A stretch of DNA of 24,020 nucleotides from Candidatus Auribacterota bacterium (GTDB taxonomy: Bacteria; Auribacterota; UBA6266): assembly GCA_023136205.1 (NCBI GenBank), contig JAGLRQ010000048.1:1-24020 (forward strand). Direction: 5' to 3'. A model generated the notes under the pieces. That model was not told the DNA's origin. It did not search any database and saw only the letters and a program-made list of their open reading frames with translations. A program made the position numbers and the translations under genes. Below are positions 17,627-23,912 of this stretch, in pieces (the stretch's first letter is position 1; every line of letters begins with the position of its first letter).

Positions 17627-18760
17627 CTATCTGCTTTTTTTAATAGCATCTAAAAAAGGCCCTATATCTTCCAAAATCTTTTTTCCTATTTGTTCTTTTT
17701 TCTCAGAACTTAAAGGCTTAGATCTTGGTTTCATATGCTTTTTCCAAATTTTGTTAGTTATCGAATATTTAAACTCAGGGGGATAACAACCATAATCATT
17801 GGCAAATGTTTTCTTGTCATGCTCAGGCATATTATCCCAATGCATAATTATTCCATTAATATCTGCTTTCAAATTTATAGCTTCTATAAAGTCTTGAGTA
17901 TCTTTTAAAAATATTTTTGCGAAATTACTTTGAACATTATCTGCTGACGTAAAAACCATACAAAAAGGTAAATAAAAGATATAATGTAAATCCACCAGAT
18001 TAGTAGAACGAGTACCGATTATCTCAGCAGATAAAGCAATAAAAAATGTAAGAGTTACTAAAAAACAATAATATGCATATGGAGCGAACTCATTTAATAA
18101 ATTTATACCCCTTATTTTCCATCTCTTTAAAACTTTTTCCTGAATTAAATTATCTATTCTAAAAATATTCATCATTAATTGTAATATTTCCAACTGATAA
18201 GTAGGGTTTTCTGTTAATCGAATTGCAATATTTTTGGCATCTTTATAAGTTTCTATATTTTGCATATCATTAGATAACATAGGAAATATTTTTTTATACT
18301 TTTTCACCATAGGCTCTAAATTAACACTTCTTGTTATCTCTCTCCACATTTCTGCAAAATTATTATCTTCAATAGAAAAATCACCGTTTTTCCATTTTCT
18401 TATATACTTCCATTCTTTTTGCTCGTCACAAAACATTCCTTTTTTACCATCAACTCCTTCAATAATTTTACCAGCAGGAAGAATCGGTACATTTTGCATC
18501 TTTATCGTTCTCCCCATCAAATTATCTTCTATCAAATATTTTGCATCTATGTTGATTTTTGATGACGGATCTAGACGTTGAGCAAATTCCTTTACCCTAT
18601 CTCTTGATTCAGAATTTTTATAATTTTTGTTTAAATCACCTAAAATTTCAGTAATAAGAACAGGAGGGATATTTAAACTATAATGCTTCTCTAAAAAACG
18701 TATTTCCTTCTTTGAAAGCATTTGAAAAGTTGATTTATCTAATAATATTATAGGACCCAT
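17627..18760 (-). CDS. hypothetical protein with a split PIN-like nuclease signature
   Basis: N-terminal IILLDKST (first acidic residue on a beta-strand) and VLITEILGDL (second). About 200 residues later comes NLVDLHYIFYLPFCMVFTSADN, which shows the PIN spacing of the third and fourth acidic residues (D-x16-D with a T/S-x-D ending). The gene is markedly more AT-rich than its neighbours. Confidence 0.45.
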   Translation of the reverse strand: MGPIILLDKSTFQMLSKKEIRFLEKHYSLNIPPVLITEILGDLNKNYKNSESRDRVKEFAQRLDPSSKINIDAKYLIEDNLMGRTIKMQNVPILPAGKIIEGVDGKKGMFCDEQKEWKYIRKWKNGDFSIEDNNFAEMWREITRSVNLEPMVKKYKKIFPMLSNDMQNIETYKDAKNIAIRLTENPTYQLEILQLMMNIFRIDNLIQEKVLKRWKIRGINLLNEFAPYAYYCFLVTLTFFIALSAEIIGTRSTNLVDLHYIFYLPFCMVFTSADNVQSNFAKIFLKDTQDFIEAINLKADINGIIMHWDNMPEHDKKTFANDYGCYPPEFKYSITNKIWKKHMKPRSKPLSSEKKEQIGKKILEDIGPFLDAIKKSR

Positions 18761-18819
18761 TATTCACCCGGATTAAAGGTTAAAGGGAACAGCGCCTTTT
18801 CCTGCTTAAAGTTAAAGAG

Positions 18820-18921
18820 TAAAAGGAGACGCTTCTATTTATTGTTCTTTTTCGGACGCCCTCTATTTGCTTTAATGTTATTTATCTTAAATTTTTCTTC
18901 CATATTTTCTATAAAATCATA
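18820..18921. repeat. 102-bp direct repeat, copy B
   Basis: See copy A. Contains aaaaggagacgcttctattt (18821-18840), which has one mismatch to the 20-bp inverted repeat. Confidence 0.85.
18835..18921 (-). pseudogene. 3' remnant of a second RAYT gene (last 28 codons plus stop)
   Basis: The minus strand reads YDFIENMEEKFKINNIKANRGRPKKNNK-stop, against YDFIKNMEEKFKINNIKADRGRPKKNNK-stop in the intact gene. Homology stops abruptly at about 18921-18923, 32 nt from the antitoxin gene stop. Confidence 0.75.
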
Positions 18922-18954
18922 CGAAAAATGTTCCCTATGTTTCCGTTCGCTCAA

Positions 18955-19230
18955 TTATTGAATCTGAATTCGTAATTCTTTGCCTAAAACATGGGCGAAG
19001 TTTTCTAACGTAGATAATCGTATGTCTTCCGCATGGTTTTCAATTCTGGATATTGCGGATTTCTTAGTATGAAGCTTTTTTGCGACCTCTTCCTGGGTTA
19101 ACCCTGCTCTTTCTCTTACTTGTCTTAAAATAATACCTATTTTAAAATCACTATACCCGACATCGTAATTCTCCGCGAAAGCATTATCGGATTTCTTTCT
19201 TTTGCTTACATACTTTTTTAAATCGCTCAT
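18955..19230 (-). CDS. higA: XRE-family helix-turn-helix antitoxin (HigA-like)
   Basis: LRQVRERAGLTQEEVAKKLHTKKSAISRIEN is a classic Cro/C1 HTH. 91 aa. Its ATGA start overlaps the upstream toxin stop. Confidence 0.8.
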   Translation of the reverse strand: MSDLKKYVSKRKKSDNAFAENYDVGYSDFKIGIILRQVRERAGLTQEEVAKKLHTKKSAISRIENHAEDIRLSTLENFAHVLGKELRIQIQ

Positions 19231-19580
19231 TTCTTTTTCCCCCTGTCTAAATATTCACGTTTCCTTTTCTCTGCTAATTTGATTTCTTGAAATGGAGTCT
19301 TTTGAGTTTTCTTTTGGAATCCATTTGTGAGAATGACAATGTTTCTCCCCTTCTGAAATCCTAATAACCTGAAAATATCTTTCCCAAATTGAATTCTTAT
19401 TTCAAGTATCCCGTTGGTGTTAACAAGATTCTTCAAATAATTACCCGGCACAAAATCAAGATCCTCAACCAATTTTAAAACCCAGGTAACTTTCTGAGCT
19501 TGCTTGCTTGATAAGTTGTCCAAGAATTGCTCAACAGGACACTTGCCAGTCAAAGTCCTATAAAAAATTATTGTTCTCAC
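19227..19580 (-). CDS. higB: RelE/ParE-superfamily toxin, phage Gp49-like (HigB-like; toxin-first gene order)
   Basis: 117 aa. The N-terminal FYRT..GKCPVEQFLDNL and ILEIRIQFGKDIFRLLGF...VILTNGFQKKTQKTP pattern is typical of the Gp49/DUF891 HigB-type toxins that pair with XRE antitoxins. Confidence 0.75.
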   Translation of the reverse strand: MRTIIFYRTLTGKCPVEQFLDNLSSKQAQKVTWVLKLVEDLDFVPGNYLKNLVNTNGILEIRIQFGKDIFRLLGFQKGRNIVILTNGFQKKTQKTPFQEIKLAEKRKREYLDRGKKK

Positions 19581-19586
19581 AGTATT

Positions 19587-19615
19587 AAGTTAACATACAT
19601 GTGAACATGGTGCAA
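19587..19615 (-). promoter_or_regulatory. candidate TA promoter with an embedded operator palindrome
   Basis: The minus strand reads TTGCAC (19615-19610), a 17-nt spacer, then TAACTT (19592-19587), followed by 6 nt and the GTG start at 19580. The spacer and -10 region contain GTTCACAT-GT-ATGTTAAC (19606-19589), an 8-2-8 inverted repeat with one mismatch. Confidence 0.35.
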
Positions 19616-19659
19616 GAAAAAAAATAATTAACTGTATCAAAAAAATTTCTAAAATTATA

Positions 19660-19687
19660 TTGACCTGTGTTTCTTGCCAGTTATCGT
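19660..19687 (+). promoter_or_regulatory. candidate sigma70-type promoter pointing into the GC-rich structured element
   Basis: TTGACC (19660-19665), a 16-nt spacer, then TATCGT (19682-19687), preceded by an A/T-rich tract. The predicted start falls at about 19693-19695, the first base of the closing helix. Confidence 0.3.
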
Positions 19688-19693
19688 AGCGAA

Positions 19694-19811
19694 GAGGTGT
19701 AAATGCCTATGGATGCAAGGCATGCGACTGAGGGTACTGGAGGCATACCTGGAAGGTCTGTTGAGGAAACCCGAAGGAGCATAACGCCGCAGGCTTGGGC
19801 ATTTACGCCTC
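19694..19811. ncRNA. unclassified structured RNA candidate, about 118 nt; strand unresolved (the promoter favours plus, a C(UUCG)G loop favours minus)
   Basis: A GC-rich island within AT-rich intergenic DNA. A 14-bp closing helix pairs 19694-19707 (gaggtgtaaatgcc) with 19798-19811 (ggcatttacgcctc), with one G.U pair. A stacked second helix pairs 19718-19726 with 19788-19796 (7 Watson-Crick pairs, 1 G.U pair, 1 mismatch). An apical hairpin runs 19760-19785. The only ORF covering it (87 aa, minus strand) looks non-coding. Confidence 0.4.
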
Positions 19812-19831
19812 TGCAGTAGATCACTGGTAAG

Positions 19832-19864
19832 AAATGCAGGTCACGAGTATTTAACCGTGCATTT
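19832..19864 (-). terminator. weak hairpin at the end of the que operon (possible intrinsic terminator)
   Basis: aaatgca (19832-19838) pairs with tgcattt (19858-19864), and an inner ggt/acc pairing extends the stem. On the minus strand the stem runs into TTTCTT. The membrane-protein stop codon (19841-19843) lies inside the hairpin, and the U-tract is poor. Confidence 0.2.
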
Positions 19865-20503
19865 AGTTTGAGGAATAGACCTGTATATAATATTTCCGGA
19901 CAGGACAAGCATAAGCATGCACCAAAAGACAACTTCCATGCCATAAGATGCTGATTTGGTAAAAATATTAAATCCTATCCAGATACCGTAAACCATGCCA
20001 AATACCGCTTGATATACCCCGATTTTCCTCAAATCCTCAAGCCGCCGCAAAACTGTTGCCATATAAACAAGAAGAATTCCAAAATAGCCGAATATTAACC
20101 CGGAAACAATCATGCCATCCTGGAGAGGGGAAAAAACTCCTTTTGTTAAACAGCCAATCATCTCGAAAACACAACAGCTGAATTTCATAAGAACAAATAA
20201 GGACAACAGCATAAAAAGGTCTCGTTCGATGGGAAAATCCCCCTTTTTCTTTCGGATTATTCCCATATGAAGGATTGCAATCAAAAGCCCGCCGGCATAA
20301 GGCACCACATATTTCCATAGGGTTCCGGCATATTCCCATTTAGCCTCAAACCCAAAGATCCTGGTGATTTCTGTTTTTTTATAGATTTCTACCAGGATAC
20401 TGTATTCGGAAACGGGAAACAGAAAAAAACAAAGGAAAAGTAAAATTCCCGTTATAGAGGAGGCCAAACAGCCGAATATTTTTATCTTATTTCGTGGAAG
20501 CAT
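19841..20503 (-). CDS. orphan integral membrane protein, about 6 TM helices, translationally coupled to queF
   Basis: Six hydrophobic stretches of about 19-24 aa. The ATG at 20503 overlaps the queF 3' end by 17 nt, and a GGACGGGA Shine-Dalgarno-like sequence lies upstream. No resemblance that I can see to YhhQ or QueT. Confidence 0.65.
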   Translation of the reverse strand: MLPRNKIKIFGCLASSITGILLFLCFFLFPVSEYSILVEIYKKTEITRIFGFEAKWEYAGTLWKYVVPYAGGLLIAILHMGIIRKKKGDFPIERDLFMLLSLFVLMKFSCCVFEMIGCLTKGVFSPLQDGMIVSGLIFGYFGILLVYMATVLRRLEDLRKIGVYQAVFGMVYGIWIGFNIFTKSASYGMEVVFWCMLMLVLSGNIIYRSIPQTKCTVKYS

Positions 20504-20918
20504 TTTTTCCCGTCCTGTTCTTCTCTGCTTCTACTGTTATCCCTATCCCGCCGCGCGCTGTAAATCTGGCAATGACTTTTGCTCTTTTAGGCTTGGCGGA
20601 TTTATCTATATCGTCAAGAATTCTGTTCGCTATATCTTCCGCGAACATACCCATATTACGAAATGAAAAGAGATAAAGTTTTAAAGATTTGGACTCAATA
20701 CATCTGCGGCCCGGTACATATTCAATCTCTATACCGGCAAAATCCGGCTGTCCTGTAATCGGGCACATCGAGGTAAATTCGCTGCTTTCGAACCTCACTA
20801 TGTAATCCCCTTTAGCAATATTTTCAAATGTTTCAAGTTTTGCTTGATCAGGTGAATCGGGATATGTTGTTTTTCCCTTCTTAAGAAGCGTAATTCCCTT
20901 AATTCTGGACTTTTTCAT
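20487..20918 (-). CDS. queF: NADPH-dependent 7-cyano-7-deazaguanine (preQ0) reductase, type I
   Basis: The SEFTSMCPITGQPDF catalytic-Cys motif and the E(S/L)KSLKLYL motif are QueF signatures. Its 143 aa fit the unimodular type. Confidence 0.85.
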   Translation of the reverse strand: MKKSRIKGITLLKKGKTTYPDSPDQAKLETFENIAKGDYIVRFESSEFTSMCPITGQPDFAGIEIEYVPGRRCIESKSLKLYLFSFRNMGMFAEDIANRILDDIDKSAKPKRAKVIARFTARGGIGITVEAEKNRTGKNASTK

Positions 20919-21598
20919 TTTTTATACCTCACAGGATCAACTGTTTGTGCCTCTTTAAAACCTTTTTTCCTCAAGATACACGCGTCACATTCACCACAGG
21001 ATATCCCTCTTTCAGCGGGGTCATAACAGGTATGAGTTAAAGAATAATCAACACCAAGCTTTAATCCCTTTTTTATTATATCAGCTTTAGCCATTTTGAT
21101 AAGAGGAGCGTGAATTCTTAGGCCTTTACCTGCTTTTTCCCTAACCGCCAGGTTCGCCATTTTTTCAAATGCCTTCAAATATTCCGGCCTGCAGTCAGGG
21201 TAACCGCTAAAATCAACAACATTGGCTCCTATAAAAATATCTTTCGAACCCAGTGTTTCAGCCCAGGCAAGAGCAAGTGAAAGAAATACGGTATTGCGCG
21301 CCGGGACATAAGTGGCAGGAACATTCTTCCTCATCTCACTACACTTCCGTTTTTTGGGAATTTTCATATTAGATGTAAGAGCCGAGCCTCCTATCTTTCT
21401 CATTTCTACTTTCAAAAGCAAATGTTTCCTGACTTTCATAACAGCCGCGAGTTTTTTAGCCGCTTTAATCTCCCAGCGGTGCCTTTGTCCGTAATCAAAA
21501 GTCACGGCATATATTTCAAAACCCTTTGATCCGGCAATGGCCGTTACCGTAGCAGAATCAAGCCCCCCGCTTAATAAAACAACCGCTTTTTTTTTCAT
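20915..21598 (-). CDS. queC: 7-cyano-7-deazaguanine synthase
   Basis: LLSGGLDS PP-loop, C-terminal CGECDAC zinc cluster, and YVPARN. I place the start at ATG 21598, giving an ATGA overlap with the queE stop and GGAGAGG 3 nt upstream. The ORF-track start at 21622 would add 8 unlikely residues. Confidence 0.9.
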   Translation of the reverse strand: MKKKAVVLLSGGLDSATVTAIAGSKGFEIYAVTFDYGQRHRWEIKAAKKLAAVMKVRKHLLLKVEMRKIGGSALTSNMKIPKKRKCSEMRKNVPATYVPARNTVFLSLALAWAETLGSKDIFIGANVVDFSGYPDCRPEYLKAFEKMANLAVREKAGKGLRIHAPLIKMAKADIIKKGLKLGVDYSLTHTCYDPAERGISCGECDACILRKKGFKEAQTVDPVRYKK

Positions 21599-22236
21599 AC
21601 ACCTCTCCGGGAAGGGTTCCATATATACTTATGAAGCTGCAAATTAAATCTGATTTCGAGATTATCTTTTATAATCCACTCCGCCAACGCTGTCGGTTTA
21701 AGGCTTTCAAACGCGGGTGAAAAAAGAATCTTATGTTTTAATATTCCAAATGTTTTTATAGCTTTTTTCGCCCACAGATAGTCTTTACGGTTACCTATGA
21801 CAAATTTTATTTCATCCGAAGGCTTGAGATACTTGAGGTTCTCTTGTAAAAACTTCTTGTCTTCCCCGCTGGAGGGACACTTTATATCCATTACGATAAC
21901 AGCCTTTTTATCCACGTCTTTTATTGAAACAGACCCGTTTGTTTCCAGAAGAACCTGCTTTCCCGATTTGACAAGTTTTTCCATAAGTTTATAAACCCCT
22001 TTTTCAAGAAGCGGCTCTCCCCCGGTTACTGAAACAAGATTGCACTTAAATTTCTTTATCTTTTTTAAAATTTCCTCTATTTCAAGGAATTTCCCTTCCT
22101 CGTAAGCATATTTGGTATCGCAGTAAGAACACCTGAGATTACATCCCGCTACTCTCACAAAAACACAAACCCTTCCCGCAAAAGACGATTCTCCCTGGAT
22201 ACTTTTAAATATCTCGTTGACTTTTATTCTTTCCAA
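21595..22236 (-). CDS. queE: 7-carboxy-7-deazaguanine synthase (radical SAM)
   Basis: EIFKSIQGES and GCNLRCSYCDT (a CxxxCxxC-type cluster motif variant of QueE); 213 aa. Confidence 0.9.
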   Translation of the reverse strand: MERIKVNEIFKSIQGESSFAGRVCVFVRVAGCNLRCSYCDTKYAYEEGKFLEIEEILKKIKKFKCNLVSVTGGEPLLEKGVYKLMEKLVKSGKQVLLETNGSVSIKDVDKKAVIVMDIKCPSSGEDKKFLQENLKYLKPSDEIKFVIGNRKDYLWAKKAIKTFGILKHKILFSPAFESLKPTALAEWIIKDNLEIRFNLQLHKYIWNPSRRGV

Positions 22237-22595
22237 TAGGAAACCTCCGTTTTGGAAGATTCTCCGACAGTAACCCTTGAAACCCTTACATTTTTATCAT
22301 TAATCTTTTCGGAAAACCTCTCAAAAAGATATACAGCCAGGTTTTCGCTTGTAGGATTTTTTTCACTAAACTGCGAAAGTTCATTAATGTCTTTGTGATC
22401 AAGCTCTGACACTATTTTATTAATAACAGATTTCAGGTCCCTGAAATCTTTCACCATGCCCAGGTTGTCAAGTTTATCGCTTTTAATATAGGCATTTACA
22501 CTCCAATTATGGCCATGCAGGTTTTTGCATGATCCTTCGTACCCCCTCAGCCTGTGGGCCGATGAAAATGTGGTTTTTATGCATATTTCAAACAC
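22224..22595 (-). CDS. queD: 6-carboxy-5,6,7,8-tetrahydropterin synthase
   Basis: FSSAHRL ... HGHNW zinc-ligand motifs and 123 aa. GTG start at 22595 with a GAGAGGG Shine-Dalgarno sequence upstream. Confidence 0.9.
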   Translation of the reverse strand: MFEICIKTTFSSAHRLRGYEGSCKNLHGHNWSVNAYIKSDKLDNLGMVKDFRDLKSVINKIVSELDHKDINELSQFSEKNPTSENLAVYLFERFSEKINDKNVRVSRVTVGESSKTEVSYWKE

Positions 22596-22686
22596 AATAC
22601 CCTCTCAATCCGAGTTCAGAAAATCTACAGGTATAATACTATATCCTACATCAAATTAAAATCAATTGGAAGTATTGAGAATGTAA

Positions 22687-23673
22687 TTAGCTCTTGCGGG
22701 GAAAAAGGCCTCTCAAAAACCCAAAGTTCCACCCTACAACAATAAAAACGAGGAAAAAGAGATAAAGAGGAAATTCAAGTATTCTTGTTTTTCTTGCCAT
22801 GGATAAAGAAAAAGCTATCCCGCAGGATACCAGCAGTGAAAAGTAAACAGCGGAAGGATAAATAAAGAAGGCTTTTATCATGGGCAGAATCAGGAATAGA
22901 GCGGAAACATAAAATATTGACAAAGGCAGTGAGTATGGAAACTTGCCCATTTTAAGACGTCTTTTTAAAGCAGTCACACGGCTATTGCCGGTCCTATAAG
23001 AAAGTTTCAACACGTCCGGAACACTTGTTTTTCTGTAATGATACACTATAGCATCAGGGTCATAGTATATTTTATAGCCTTTATCCCTAATCCTGCATAT
23101 CATTTCCTCATCTTCAAAAGGATATAGGCCTTCTTTAAAACTGCCAAGTTCATTAAAAACACTTTTCGGATACATAACATTACACGGGGGATTGAAATCT
23201 ATTTCCCTGAAACTTCCTGACACCTCACAAAAACGCTTCCATGCCGGGAAACAGCACGATAGTGAATTTATTATGATATTTCCCAAAGCAGTATCATCTT
23301 TCGGAGAAATGCTGGGGCCGCCTACAGAACCGACACAAGGATCCTTCAAGTGCTTGACAAGAGAACCCAGCCAGCTTACAATAGCCACACAGTCCGCGTC
23401 GGTAAAGGCAATAAATTCCCCCCTGGCTTCTTTTATGCCCCGATTTTTCGCGGCAATAATCCCCTGTTTCTCTTCCTTGACAAGCCGCACCCTGTTATCC
23501 ATCTTCGCGAACTTTTCCACTAATTCAACTGTCCTGTCAGTGGAACCATTATCGACAACTATTACTTCAATATGTCTGCGGGTTTGGCTTAGAATAGAGT
23601 CAAGACAAGGAGAAATATGATTTTCCTCATTTAATACAGGAATAATAATGGATATAGAAATATCGGCTCGCAT
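22687..23673 (-). CDS. family 2 glycosyltransferase with a C-terminal membrane anchor region
   Basis: IIIPVLNEE...VIVVDNGSTDRT...FTDADC (DxD) is the GT2 fold signature, and the last roughly 90 aa are hydrophobic. The start is ambiguous: ATG 23673 is preferred over the ORF-track TTG at 23685, and neither has a clear Shine-Dalgarno sequence. Confidence 0.8.
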   Translation of the reverse strand: MRADISISIIIPVLNEENHISPCLDSILSQTRRHIEVIVVDNGSTDRTVELVEKFAKMDNRVRLVKEEKQGIIAAKNRGIKEARGEFIAFTDADCVAIVSWLGSLVKHLKDPCVGSVGGPSISPKDDTALGNIIINSLSCCFPAWKRFCEVSGSFREIDFNPPCNVMYPKSVFNELGSFKEGLYPFEDEEMICRIRDKGYKIYYDPDAIVYHYRKTSVPDVLKLSYRTGNSRVTALKRRLKMGKFPYSLPLSIFYVSALFLILPMIKAFFIYPSAVYFSLLVSCGIAFSLSMARKTRILEFPLYLFFLVFIVVGWNFGFLRGLFPRKS

Positions 23674-23749
23674 AATCAGATACAATTATCTTTTAACTTT
23701 AAAATATACATCAAATATTCTTTTTTGCAAGAGCAAACAACAAGTTTCT

Positions 23750-23777
23750 TTGACTCTTATCATTATTCCGATATAAT
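23750..23777 (+). promoter_or_regulatory. sigma70-type promoter for the plus-strand GTPase gene
   Basis: TTGACT (23750-23755), a 16-nt spacer, then a consensus TATAAT (23772-23777). This implies a leader of about 130 nt before ATG 23913. Confidence 0.45.
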
Positions 23778-23912
23778 CCTCTAATCGCAGTATGATACGT
23801 CAAAGGCATAAACATAGCATGATAAAAAGGAAAAGAGAAGATAGAACACATGCAGGGCATATAGGATTTGTATTTGATGCCTTTTCACTACAAATAAATC
23901 AGGGGTAATTTT

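Noticed and set aside
19694-19811. Identification of the structured element as 4.5S/SRP RNA or a known riboswitch (TPP, lysine, ZTP, SAM, cobalamin, preQ1)
   Set aside because: The apical hairpin has an AGCA 3' of a tetraloop, reminiscent of SRP helix 8. However, the loop is CGAA rather than the GGAA context, the 5' internal loop is 6 nt, and the 5' arm carries a roughly 33-nt extra branch not expected in a 4.5S hairpin. Only partial word matches to riboswitch cores were found (CUGAGG, ACCUGG, CCGAAGG), and no plus-strand gene lies downstream. It is left unclassified rather than forced.
19681-19944. 87-aa minus-strand ORF covering the GC-rich element
   Set aside because: It starts inside the 3' end of the membrane-protein gene in another frame and has no Shine-Dalgarno sequence. 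Its Cys/Leu/Pro-rich composition is unlike every real protein in the window. It exists only because the GC-rich structured segment lacks stops.
22596-22686. preQ1 riboswitch upstream of queD
   Set aside because: Reading the minus strand of this 91-nt leader, I found no preQ1-I-like hairpin with the A-rich tail, and no preQ1-II/III features. Only a Shine-Dalgarno sequence (GAGAGGG) before the GTG start is present.
23792-23908. 38-codon basic upstream ORF (MIRQRHKHSMIKRKRED...) in the leader of the GTPase gene, ending 4 nt before its ATG
   Set aside because: It has no Shine-Dalgarno sequence and a low-complexity composition driven by A-rich DNA. It could be tested by ribosome profiling, but nothing in the sequence supports it beyond being open.
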